DNA of 64,000 nucleotides, from the IMG/VR virus record IMGVR_UViG_3300042445_001485, one strand, 5' to 3'. The notes below the pieces were generated by a model. That model saw only the letters and a program-made list of their open reading frames with translations, was not told the DNA's origin and made no database searches. Both the position numbers and the translations under genes were made by a program. How positions within the stretch are numbered: the first letter of the stretch is position 1; each line of letters begins with the position of its first letter. Source of the stretch: a virus (Duplodnaviria > Caudoviricetes). Of this stretch, positions 17,631 through 26,180 are shown piece after piece.

Positions 17631-17717
17631 TGCTCACTTCACCAAATGCTTGATGGGGCACGACTCCCACATTTGGAACCCAGCAGCCGGGTCACCCACG
17701 CAACCTAAGTCGCGGTC
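17631..17717 (-). ncRNA. Candidate structured RNA element (three hairpins), unassigned
   Basis: Stems CGCGAC/GTTGCG, ACCCGG/CTGGGT, CCAAATG/CATTTGG in a GC-rich intergenic stretch. No known family recognised. Confidence 0.35.
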
Positions 17718-18428
17718 CTAAGGGTGTTCTTTTAACTTGACTAGGCCAAGCGATTTAAAAATATTTATATACATCCAGCCTATATCAAATTCATACCAGT
17801 TCTTAGAGAGGCGGGCACTCGCTGGGTCCAGGTGGTGGTTGTTGTGCAACTCTTCACCGCCAATAACAATACCCCAAGGCACAATATTACGACTATGATC
17901 TTTAGTTTCGCCATTTCTATATCCTATCCAATGACCCACACCGTTTATGACTCCTGCCGCCCAGAACGGAATCCATATCATTTGGATGCCCCACATCACG
18001 ATGCCCCACCCGCCAAATATCAAGGTGTTTAACACAAGGAGAGTGCCAATGCCAAGTCTAGAGTGACGAGTGTATATGTTGTGCTCCATCCAATCAGCAG
18101 GAGTACCAGCACCGTATGTATTAACCATGTCCTTATCTTTGCTTGCTTCATGATATAATACTGCTCCTTTGAAGAATACTTGTCCAATTCCGTAAACATG
18201 GGGACTATGTGGGTCACCCTCTTGCTCAGTGAATCTATGATGCTTGCGGTGTACTGCCACCCATTGTTTTGTGACCATTCCGGTTGTTAGCCAAAGCCAG
18301 GCTCGCATAAAGTGACTGAGTATGGGATGAAATATCAATCCTCGATGTGCTTGTCCACGATGTAGGAAAACTGTGACACATATGATAGTGATATGTGTCA
18401 TCACTAGAACATATATTGTTTCAATCAT
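17718..18428 (-). CDS. Membrane fatty-acid desaturase (delta-9-like)
   Basis: Three His boxes HRGQAH, HRKHH, HNNHH plus TM helices. Confidence 0.9.
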   Translation of the reverse strand: MIETIYVLVMTHITIICVTVFLHRGQAHRGLIFHPILSHFMRAWLWLTTGMVTKQWVAVHRKHHRFTEQEGDPHSPHVYGIGQVFFKGAVLYHEASKDKDMVNTYGAGTPADWMEHNIYTRHSRLGIGTLLVLNTLIFGGWGIVMWGIQMIWIPFWAAGVINGVGHWIGYRNGETKDHSRNIVPWGIVIGGEELHNNHHLDPASARLSKNWYEFDIGWMYINIFKSLGLVKLKEHP

Positions 18429-18508
18429 ACCGGACTGTATGGATTACGAAATCTATCATATCCATTGTCTTCCGGATATACTGGGTACTCGTTATTTCTT
18501 TCACTCAT
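18425..18508 (-). CDS. 27-aa small ORF MSERNNEYPVYPEDNGYDRFRNPYSPV
   Basis: Hand-translated. Its TGA overlaps the desaturase ATG (ATGA). Confidence 0.5.
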   Translation of the reverse strand: MSERNNEYPVYPEDNGYDRFRNPYSPV

Positions 18509-18544
18509 AATATGCCATGACCTATGTTGTTATGATGGATACCA

Positions 18545-18976
18545 TTATTTTAGACTTGCTCTCAACATCCAACCGTGCTTGCGGTGTGCATCCAGGCGCT
18601 CGGCCAAGAAGTTTGAAAATCCATGCTCACCGGCTTGTTCGGCTGCATCATATGCCATCTTTAGTACCAACAGCATTTTTTCATTGTCTTGCGACAATTC
18701 ATGCAACATGGCACCGGGACTGAGTATGTCGGTCTCGTCGCCGATTTGACTCAGTTGACTGAATCTGGTGTAGCTGGCTGGCACATAACTGCCAATGCCG
18801 CGAATCTTTTCCGCAAAGTCATCAATGGCACCGTATACTTCTTCGTAGATCATGCCAAACAATTGATGATGCTCTAGGAAGTCAGCACCTTCCACATTCC
18901 AGTGAAAGTTGTGCGCTTTCAAGTAGAAGGTGTATTCGCTGGCAAATGCTATTTTTGTAGTTTCTGATAGTGTCAT
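18545..18976 (-). CDS. dps: Dps/ferritin-like DNA protection protein
   Basis: KAHNFHWNVEG, HQLFGMIYEE, DDFAEKIR, HRKHGWMLRA. Confidence 0.9.
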   Translation of the reverse strand: MTLSETTKIAFASEYTFYLKAHNFHWNVEGADFLEHHQLFGMIYEEVYGAIDDFAEKIRGIGSYVPASYTRFSQLSQIGDETDILSPGAMLHELSQDNEKMLLVLKMAYDAAEQAGEHGFSNFLAERLDAHRKHGWMLRASLK

Positions 18977-21900
18977 AGATCGTATCCTGCCTTACGCATC
19001 ATATTTAAACGAGTTTCCATCACATCGTTTTCTTTTTCTGCGTGTCTGCGAGCATCATTATCACCTTGGCGAACAGTTGCTCGGTTGATTTTTTTAAAGT
19101 ATTCGTGACCTTTATCAAAGTTGCCTGCTCGATCTGCGGCACTAGCACGGATACCTAGTTCTTTTTTGTAACGACCCAACAACTCATTGCTGAGTTCGCT
19201 GAGTTCAACATCATCATGCACCACACGCATGTGATTGGGATTCTTTGGAAGATCGTTAGTTCTTACATATTTTGCAACTTTTTCATCTTCTTGTTTGCTC
19301 ATGTCTCGTATCTGACTCAATGTAAACTTGGGCTTTTTAACCGCAGGCTTGTCTGGTTCGTTTGACATAAAACCAAATACACCGGCTTCCTCTACTGATT
19401 CAGGATACCAAATGCGTCCCAGGCCAAATGCACGGTCAGCAGTCTGCTGTGCATGTCTGTTGCCTGTACGCAAATACCACTTGCCTGCACGAGTTTGTTT
19501 GAGTCCTAGTTGTTGTGCTAGTTCGGCGTCGTCAACCTTGTAGAAGATCATGCCAGTTTGTCTACGCTGGCGATCATCAAATTCAGGATTGCCTTCGTCA
19601 TCTTTTCTACGACTGCCACCTAGACTGGGTGCTGTAGGATCTGCGAAACCATGTTGGTAGCCACCCTCCGTCATGCCTTTTTTGTCTTTTTGTGCTTTTC
19701 TTTCAGCGGCTCTGCGGGCAGTTTCTTGCGGCGTCACTTTTGAACCGTCGGCGTAATACTTGGCACCGGCACCGTCTTTGGCTTTGTTGATAGCACTTTG
19801 TGCTTTTAAGCCTGCTATGGCGTTTTTGAACTGTCTGGTTGTTTCTATATCATCAGTATAGCCCTCCGCCACACCTTGCTCTTGCCAAGTGTTATTTTTG
19901 ATTCGTTGATTTTTGATTCTTTCGTAATTCATTAAAGAACCACGAATACGATGCTGGTCACCGGTATTTCCTGATAAGAGATGTTTCTTATAATAGTCAA
20001 TCTGACTTTGAACAAACTTGTTTGAGTAACTATCTTCTTCGGAGCCTTCCGCCATGCCTTGTTGCTTTTGCTGATACGCAAGTTCAGTATTGTTGGCCAT
20101 CTGTTGTTTAAAGTTGTCTACTGCACCGCCATCGCCAGAAATTGGGGCGCCTTCCGCCACACCTTGTTCTTTGGTTAAACGATTAACTGCTTTTTCAACA
20201 CCTTTGATGCGATTTTTAAATTCATGTTTCACGGATTTAACAATAGCTGGCGAATCTTTATATTTGCCCGGTCTTGCTTTTATGTCACCTAGCCCATATC
20301 CCAACGTACCAACATCTTTATTTGCTTTATTGATATATGATCCAAGAGTTTTTGGACTTAGTTCATTCAATGATCCTGGATCAAACCACTGGTGCTCACC
20401 AATGTTTACACCTTGTGAAGGATGGAACGGATCGGTGATCTGTCTTTCATCATCCTGTTTAGATTTGCTTTTTGATTTTTCTGTGTAATCGTAATCGCTT
20501 TTCATCTTATTAACCATGGCTCTCATTGGATCAGTTTTTTCCAACTCTTTCTGAGCCCGTAGTTTGTCCATATGGCGATCAAATGCTGCGGAATCAAAGT
20601 CGGAGCCTTCCTCCACACCTTGCTCTTTCTTTGCTTTTTCTATAGCGTCCCACTCGGCACCGGTCTTTTCGCCACGCTTTTTCTTTGCTGGTGGCTTTGA
20701 TGTGCGAACACCAGTGTGACTGTTTTGGTAATCACCGCTTGGTAGTTTAGTCCAGCCTTCCGCCATGCCTTGCTTATTTTCTGATGTGCTTTTAGTTTTT
20801 AACTCTTTTGTATCATGCGTTTTGGGATGATATATTTCTACTCCGATATTACCATCATGATCCTGTTTAAGACCAGCAAGTTCATATCCTGGATATTTTT
20901 TATCAACTATACCTTTAATTCTCATGTAATCACTGTCAGAAATGTCAGCAACATCGGAGTTATCGTCCTCCGCCACACCTTGTTCTTTACTATTGTCTTT
21001 GATAGTGCCACCAAATTTAGCAGCATAGTCTTTGGCCTTTGCCACTGAATCAAAACTCTTTGTCACTTTGCCGTTCTTAACAACAGAATATCTTTGACCT
21101 TCTGAGCCTTCCGCCACACCTTGCTCTTTAACTGGCTCTGCTGGCGAAGCCAGCGTCATCTTGTTCATGCCTATTCCAGACTGTCGCCATACCTTGTACA
21201 TCTTACCATCAGCACCCTTTAGCACCATAGCATTGCCGGGAATACGACTGGAATCATATTGCACAATCATAGCATTTTGTCCACCAACTTGCACATGAGG
21301 TTTTTGGCGATCATAGTGTTGAGCACCGACTGCCATAGCACCTGCTATTACCGGAACGCCAAGCAAGGTTGCAGTATCTTTCCAGCCTTCCTCCACACCT
21401 TGCTTGTTAATCAAATCAATATTACCAAACTGTCGAAGATGTTTTATCGTGTTACCGAGATGATGGTGATAATCTGGATCGTCTTTATTGACACCATTTT
21501 GTGCTAATAATTTTTCAGCATGACGATGTAGTGGCATTTCTTTCTTCAATAGTTCCGGTGCGCCTTCCGCCACACCTTGCTCGCCATGTCTAATGCTGCC
21601 ATCCTTCATCAACTTCAAGTTGAGATTGTATTGTTTATTGTCGTGATTGACTTTATTCATACGACCTTCTTTGAAGCCTTTAGCAAAGTATTGTTTATAC
21701 ATGCCACCATGCTGACTATGCCAGTGGTTAATGGTCATTGCTCGTTCTAGTGTTGCGCCATCAGCGAGGCTTACACCTTTAGTGAAACCATCTTCTTGTG
21801 CCATCTTGGCAATTTCTGGACTGAATCCTTCATCGTCATCACCACCGTTAAATCCGTCTGGTGCAAATTCGTTCAAGCCTTCCGCCACACCTTCATCTGT

Positions 21901-22710
21901 TCCTTTTCTTGAGTCTGGCATATTCATTTGACGATATTCATCAGGCCAATCAAATACAATTTCTTCGTAGCATCTAAAAACCTTCATTAGTTCTGCTGCC
22001 TTGGGATCGTGCTTGGCTGCATCTTCTAGTTCTTCTGCCGCTGGTCTTCCAAAAGGATCTACAAAGTCTTTTGGTCCCCATGGATTGGAGGGATCGACAT
22101 TGTCGCCAAACCATACCAAGGCATCATTTACATTTGTAAATTTATTTCTTCTAGCCCATTGAGCAAAATACTCATGGTAGGGTTTGTTGTTTCTACCTGC
22201 CCACTGTATCAATTCAGAGACGCTTGTGGGCGGCATATCCTGATCAGGATACTTTGGTTCAGCAGTCATTTGGCTCATCATTGAGTCAAACTTTTGATCG
22301 CCTGTGGCTTCATCCAGTTGATCATCTGAGAACTCCATATGGTCATATGGCCCCCATTTTTGTCCTGTGCGACTGTCTATGGTGTCATCGTGATCACCAT
22401 GTTCATAGTAGTCATCACTAAAGATTTCCACACCGTTAAAGTCACTATTGTAATCAATATGCAGTTTACGGGTAACACCATCAGGACAAACAATACCACG
22501 ATTCAACAAGCGTTCTACATCTTGTTGGCTTTTAATGCCTTTTTCGAGACTGCCAGTGTCAAAGGTGCCATTGTACCAGGCACTGGCCAAGGCTTGGAAA
22601 TAATTACCTGAGTCACCACCGCCGTCAGCGGCAAATTCAGCCAGGCGGCTTTCCATGGCTAGTTGTTGTTTTTTCTTTTTGCTAGGTTGAGATAGGTCGT
22701 ATAAGTTCAT
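18973..22710 (-). CDS. Modular polyprotein-like, probably capsid-internal protein (1245 aa)
   Basis: 11 G[VM][AET]E[GD] linkers plus LAE/LDE/LNE/VEE/LSE motifs between unrelated short modules. Start MNLYDL at 22710 follows the upstream stop. Confidence 0.75.
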   Translation of the reverse strand: MNLYDLSQPSKKKKQQLAMESRLAEFAADGGGDSGNYFQALASAWYNGTFDTGSLEKGIKSQQDVERLLNRGIVCPDGVTRKLHIDYNSDFNGVEIFSDDYYEHGDHDDTIDSRTGQKWGPYDHMEFSDDQLDEATGDQKFDSMMSQMTAEPKYPDQDMPPTSVSELIQWAGRNNKPYHEYFAQWARRNKFTNVNDALVWFGDNVDPSNPWGPKDFVDPFGRPAAEELEDAAKHDPKAAELMKVFRCYEEIVFDWPDEYRQMNMPDSRKGTDEGVAEGLNEFAPDGFNGGDDDEGFSPEIAKMAQEDGFTKGVSLADGATLERAMTINHWHSQHGGMYKQYFAKGFKEGRMNKVNHDNKQYNLNLKLMKDGSIRHGEQGVAEGAPELLKKEMPLHRHAEKLLAQNGVNKDDPDYHHHLGNTIKHLRQFGNIDLINKQGVEEGWKDTATLLGVPVIAGAMAVGAQHYDRQKPHVQVGGQNAMIVQYDSSRIPGNAMVLKGADGKMYKVWRQSGIGMNKMTLASPAEPVKEQGVAEGSEGQRYSVVKNGKVTKSFDSVAKAKDYAAKFGGTIKDNSKEQGVAEDDNSDVADISDSDYMRIKGIVDKKYPGYELAGLKQDHDGNIGVEIYHPKTHDTKELKTKSTSENKQGMAEGWTKLPSGDYQNSHTGVRTSKPPAKKKRGEKTGAEWDAIEKAKKEQGVEEGSDFDSAAFDRHMDKLRAQKELEKTDPMRAMVNKMKSDYDYTEKSKSKSKQDDERQITDPFHPSQGVNIGEHQWFDPGSLNELSPKTLGSYINKANKDVGTLGYGLGDIKARPGKYKDSPAIVKSVKHEFKNRIKGVEKAVNRLTKEQGVAEGAPISGDGGAVDNFKQQMANNTELAYQQKQQGMAEGSEEDSYSNKFVQSQIDYYKKHLLSGNTGDQHRIRGSLMNYERIKNQRIKNNTWQEQGVAEGYTDDIETTRQFKNAIAGLKAQSAINKAKDGAGAKYYADGSKVTPQETARRAAERKAQKDKKGMTEGGYQHGFADPTAPSLGGSRRKDDEGNPEFDDRQRRQTGMIFYKVDDAELAQQLGLKQTRAGKWYLRTGNRHAQQTADRAFGLGRIWYPESVEEAGVFGFMSNEPDKPAVKKPKFTLSQIRDMSKQEDEKVAKYVRTNDLPKNPNHMRVVHDDVELSELSNELLGRYKKELGIRASAADRAGNFDKGHEYFKKINRATVRQGDNDARRHAEKENDVMETRLNMMRKAGYDL
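19664..21893 (-). repeat. 11 dispersed in-frame 17-bp direct repeats, consensus CAAGGTGTGGCGGAAGG
   Basis: Plus-strand starts at 19664, 19862, 20045, 20150, 20606, 20756, 20966, 21107, 21386, 21563, 21878. All spacings are multiples of 3. Confidence 0.92.
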
Positions 22711-22711
22711 A

Positions 22712-23338
22712 TTATTTCTGTCCTGGAACTGGTGCGCCAACAGCACCTGCGGGCACGGCAGTCTGTTGTGCTTGTTGTTGTTTCTTTTGCTCGGCATTGG
22801 CCTGTTTGATTAATTCTTGGAATTTGCCTTGTAGCTGTGGGTTGCTCATGATGGGTGCTAATACCGGCGCTAGATCATTGTTTTTGTCATTCATGGTCTG
22901 CATGTCAACATCAGCACCAGCTGATTTTAATTTAGAGATACCTTGTTGCAATGCGGCATCTTGTTTTGTTTTTTGTTGTTGTGCAAGTTTGGCCTGTGCG
23001 GCTAAAATTGCTGGATCTTGATTTGGTTGATTGAGATTGGGATTTTGCTGTTGACCTGCTGGCGCGGGCATCGGAGGAACAGGAGCCTCGTTAACAAAAT
23101 CTCTATACTCACGCATCAAGTCTCTGGCGGGTGTTTCGTGTAGTGCGGCTTCTAAATCACGCAGAATGCTTTCACCACCAACCAGGCGGTTTTGAAATGG
23201 ATGTTGACCTTTTTTACCCACAGCCCGATCTGTACCACGAACTTGATCACCGGGCCGTTGTTTGGGCTCGCCAGCAAACTTGACCTTGGAACCTTCTTCC
23301 AGTGCCGACAGCTGTCTTAGTAGGTCACGCATACTCAT
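22712..23338 (-). CDS. Probable capsid-internal protein, Gln/Pro-rich
   Basis: MRDLLRQLSALEEG and DFVNEA candidate protease sites. Late operon. Confidence 0.6.
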   Translation of the reverse strand: MSMRDLLRQLSALEEGSKVKFAGEPKQRPGDQVRGTDRAVGKKGQHPFQNRLVGGESILRDLEAALHETPARDLMREYRDFVNEAPVPPMPAPAGQQQNPNLNQPNQDPAILAAQAKLAQQQKTKQDAALQQGISKLKSAGADVDMQTMNDKNNDLAPVLAPIMSNPQLQGKFQELIKQANAEQKKQQQAQQTAVPAGAVGAPVPGQK

Positions 23339-23826
23339 TAATAAACGCCTTTACCAATCTTTGGCTGTTTTGTTTTCATTGCATTACCATATTTTTTAAC
23401 AGCGGCTGATTCTTGTTTGATACGGCGTTGCACAGGAGTTGTGGATCCTATTGCACCGATGGCCATACCACCTGCGGTACTGGCACCAACACTGGCAGAC
23501 TCTGCTACAACTTCTTCGAATCGACGATCAGCAGATTCATAAGCAAACGCAGGCATTGCGCCCGATTCTTGTTCTTTATGCTCGTAACTCAAATACTCAT
23601 AAACAGTACGCAAGTAATCATTGGCCAGGGTGATCTTTTCACTAACCCATCCTTCCAGTTGTCCTGTCTCTTTTATACCTTGCAAAATTTTGTGCAGTTT
23701 GATGGCATAGTCTGCGGCATTGTAGCAGTCAGCACGGGCCATTTGTACTTCATGGTCGCCATGCATTTCATTGGCATCTTGTGCTATAAATGGGTTGTGT
23801 TCTACAATAAAATCTGTTGGTTTCAT
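23338..23826 (-). CDS. Probable capsid-internal protein
   Basis: N-terminal MKPTDFIVE resembles the T4 capsid-targeting sequence. TAAATA at 23853-23848. Confidence 0.6.
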   Translation of the reverse strand: MKPTDFIVEHNPFIAQDANEMHGDHEVQMARADCYNAADYAIKLHKILQGIKETGQLEGWVSEKITLANDYLRTVYEYLSYEHKEQESGAMPAFAYESADRRFEEVVAESASVGASTAGGMAIGAIGSTTPVQRRIKQESAAVKKYGNAMKTKQPKIGKGVY

Positions 23827-23855
23827 ATCCTGATCCTGGTTATGCTATATTTATG

Positions 23856-24137
23856 TTATACTATTTCGAATACTGTATTCCCAGCAGGGGTAACCCCGTC
23901 TACCATTATACGATCCACAGTAAATGTACCTAAATGCGGATCTATATTTTCTATCCGTAATTTATGAGTTCCAACCGGTGCTTCTATTATAACTGTTTCT
24001 TCAATGTATTGATCTTCTCGCCAAACAAATGTTCGCTCTGTCATTAAATCATCATCAACATATACTCTATATCTAGGACTTTGATTATCGTAATAGCAAT
24101 GAACATCAAATTTTAATTCGGCATAGCGTAATAACAT
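23856..24137 (-). CDS. Hypothetical beta-rich protein
   Basis: 93-aa ORF tightly packed between neighbours. Confidence 0.65.
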   Translation of the reverse strand: MLLRYAELKFDVHCYYDNQSPRYRVYVDDDLMTERTFVWREDQYIEETVIIEAPVGTHKLRIENIDPHLGTFTVDRIMVDGVTPAGNTVFEIV

Positions 24138-24140
24138 ATA

Positions 24141-24746
24141 TTATCCTAGGTATTTGTCTAGTATTTGATGTGCGGCCCGGGGATTCTTTGGATATAGATC
24201 GTTGACAATTTGAGATTTTTGTTCCGGACTTGCTTTGGGCCACATTGTACGAATTTGCGTAGCACTAGTAACGCCACTGGGACCTGCAGGGAATTCCACT
24301 GTGGGCAAGTAGGCCATATAACCATGCTGACTCATTGGAGCAGGTGTTTTGCTGTAAGGTTGGAGGTATGCTGGATTACCATCCTTCTTAACACCACCGG
24401 CGTATGGTGGTTCATCCTGGTCTTTAACACTACGGGCAAATACTAATACAGTTGTAGCCGGATCGTAATTGGCGGTAATTTCTTTGGCCTGGAATGGACT
24501 TTTAACTTGTACAAATCGTCCTGCAGGAACACCGGCAATTTGTGCTAGCCGTGCCTTATCTGCAATATCAAATGGTCTGTTGGCTTTGTCATTGGTGGCC
24601 GCATAGTAAATATCAGCACCAGGGAACATCTTCTGTGCAGAAGTGTACAGGCTTAGATGCCCGGGATGAAAGGGATGGAACCCACCGGGTAATATAACCA
24701 CAGTCTTTTCGGCTGGTTTTGCTTCAAACAGTTCAAAAATTAACAT
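24141..24746 (-). CDS. HxGH nucleotidyltransferase (cytidyltransferase/NMNAT-like)
   Basis: PGGFHPFHPGH and SATQIR. Start MLIFELFE lies 7 nt after TAAATA. Confidence 0.78.
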   Translation of the reverse strand: MLIFELFEAKPAEKTVVILPGGFHPFHPGHLSLYTSAQKMFPGADIYYAATNDKANRPFDIADKARLAQIAGVPAGRFVQVKSPFQAKEITANYDPATTVLVFARSVKDQDEPPYAGGVKKDGNPAYLQPYSKTPAPMSQHGYMAYLPTVEFPAGPSGVTSATQIRTMWPKASPEQKSQIVNDLYPKNPRAAHQILDKYLG

Positions 24747-24768
24747 AGTATTATATTTAGCAGGAAAC

Positions 24769-24788
24769 AAAAAAGGCCCTTGCGGGCC
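24769..24788 (-). terminator. Rho-independent terminator
   Basis: Minus strand GGCCC-GCAA-GGGCC-TTTTTT. Confidence 0.85.
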
Positions 24789-24791
24789 AAT

Positions 24792-25265
24792 TTAAATGTT
24801 TTCCAATAGCCAAATGTAAAATGGACTACTAAAAGGCAGTTCGTAAGTACCGTTAAAACCAAGATTTATACAGTTGGCCCATTCTGTGCTATTGGGCTCA
24901 GGCCAATCATGCGGAGTATCGTACTTGAAGGTGCTTTTCATTTGCACCAAGGTGCCCAGTTCAATGTCATCTACTTCAATTTCCTCAATGTTTAACAACA
25001 TGTCCTTGACAATCACATGATTATCGGGATCTGATATATCTGTGACAGTATCGGTTACTTGTTTGTTATCAAGTCTGATACGCAATACATGGGCGGCGTC
25101 TTCGTTGATTTCGCAATCAAATTCTACATACTCCGATTTTCCACTGTCCTTGGAAATTTCAGCATTGATATACTCCGTATCATCAATGCTGATAGTGTAG
25201 TGGGGTCGCTTGTCCCAATAAGTACCGCTTAATTTGATTTTAAAGTGTATTTTTTCTGTAGACAT
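24792..25265 (-). CDS. Hypothetical beta-sandwich-like protein
   Basis: 157-aa ORF downstream of the glycosyltransferase-like gene. Confidence 0.68.
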   Translation of the reverse strand: MSTEKIHFKIKLSGTYWDKRPHYTISIDDTEYINAEISKDSGKSEYVEFDCEINEDAAHVLRIRLDNKQVTDTVTDISDPDNHVIVKDMLLNIEEIEVDDIELGTLVQMKSTFKYDTPHDWPEPNSTEWANCINLGFNGTYELPFSSPFYIWLLENI

Positions 25266-25274
25266 TTGATCACC

Positions 25275-26180
25275 TTATGTTGCAGTTGCAGTTTCAACTT
25301 TTTGGTTGCCTTTGGCAGCCATGTCAATGGCGTCTCGTAGTGCGGCAGGTGCTCCACCTGGCAATGCGCTACTGGCTTCATTGCCAAATTTTGGCATCTT
25401 GCTCAAGTCTCCGGCAAACTCGTAGTGTCCGATGTGGTTCAACAACACTTTACCGTGTGCCCAAATCTCGCCACCAATGGCAGCCCAGCGTCTGCAGAAC
25501 AACCAATCTTCACTTAGATAGTGTCCGCGAGCATCAATATTACAATCAAAGATACTATACATCATTGGCTCGTATTGTTTGCCCAAGCCAACATCATCTA
25601 CATACTTGCACTCTGGGTGAGCCTCAATTAGTTTCTCGTATACATGACGCTTGAACAACAAGAAGCCTGTACCCATTGTATCAACTGTAAAGATGTCACC
25701 TTGAATCTTAGTTTCTGGACGCAAGTTAATCACATAGTTAACTGGCAGGGCCTTCTTAGGATACAGGCCACCAATGACATCCTTGTCACAGGCAATCATT
25801 TTAAGAATAGCATCTGGTTCAAAGCGAATGTCTGCGTCAATAAACAAGAAATGTGTGGCTTCTTTGTTGGTCATCATCTTGGCCATCAGGTTGTTACGAG
25901 CGCGAGTAACCAAGCTCTCATTAACCATAGTGTCTAAGCTCCAATTTAAGCCTGCCTGTTGTGCCAACAAGATAAAACGCAAAAAGCTGGTCATGGTAGG
26001 TTCACTGACCATACCGCCGTAGCAGGGAATGCCAATGTGCAAATGTGTTTTACTAAAATCAAACGGTGCACCCGGACCTTGTTGTACAGGTGCTTGTGTT
26101 TGTTGCTGTGCCCTAGCGGCCGCGGCTTTTTTGATCAACTCTACAGCGGCAGATTGATTAATCTTTTTTTCTTTACTCAT
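25275..26180 (-). CDS. GT-A (GT2-like) glycosyltransferase-like protein
   Basis: IGIPCYGG, NESLVTRARN, FLFIDADI (DxD), GTGFLL, LSEDWLFC. Confidence 0.72.
   Translation of the reverse strand: MSKEKKINQSAAVELIKKAAAARAQQQTQAPVQQGPGAPFDFSKTHLHIGIPCYGGMVSEPTMTSFLRFILLAQQAGLNWSLDTMVNESLVTRARNNLMAKMMTNKEATHFLFIDADIRFEPDAILKMIACDKDVIGGLYPKKALPVNYVINLRPETKIQGDIFTVDTMGTGFLLFKRHVYEKLIEAHPECKYVDDVGLGKQYEPMMYSIFDCNIDARGHYLSEDWLFCRRWAAIGGEIWAHGKVLLNHIGHYEFAGDLSKMPKFGNEASSALPGGAPAALRDAIDMAAKGNQKVETATAT

Noticed and set aside
19664-21893. CRISPR array interpretation of the 17-bp repeats
   Set aside because: The repeats are short, degenerate and non-palindromic. Spacers are 88-439 bp, unequal and all in frame inside one ORF. 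No cas genes are present.
19664-21893. Repeat core as a Chi site
   Set aside because: GTGTGGCGG resembles but does not match E. coli GCTGGTGG, and it is clustered in one gene rather than dispersed.
22711-22797. Upstream extension of the polyprotein as given in the ORF track (similar extensions at 7251, 12579, 17670, 44634, 57219, 60227)
   Set aside because: These extensions overlap upstream genes or promoters. Downstream ATGs fit SD sites or stop-start coupling better.
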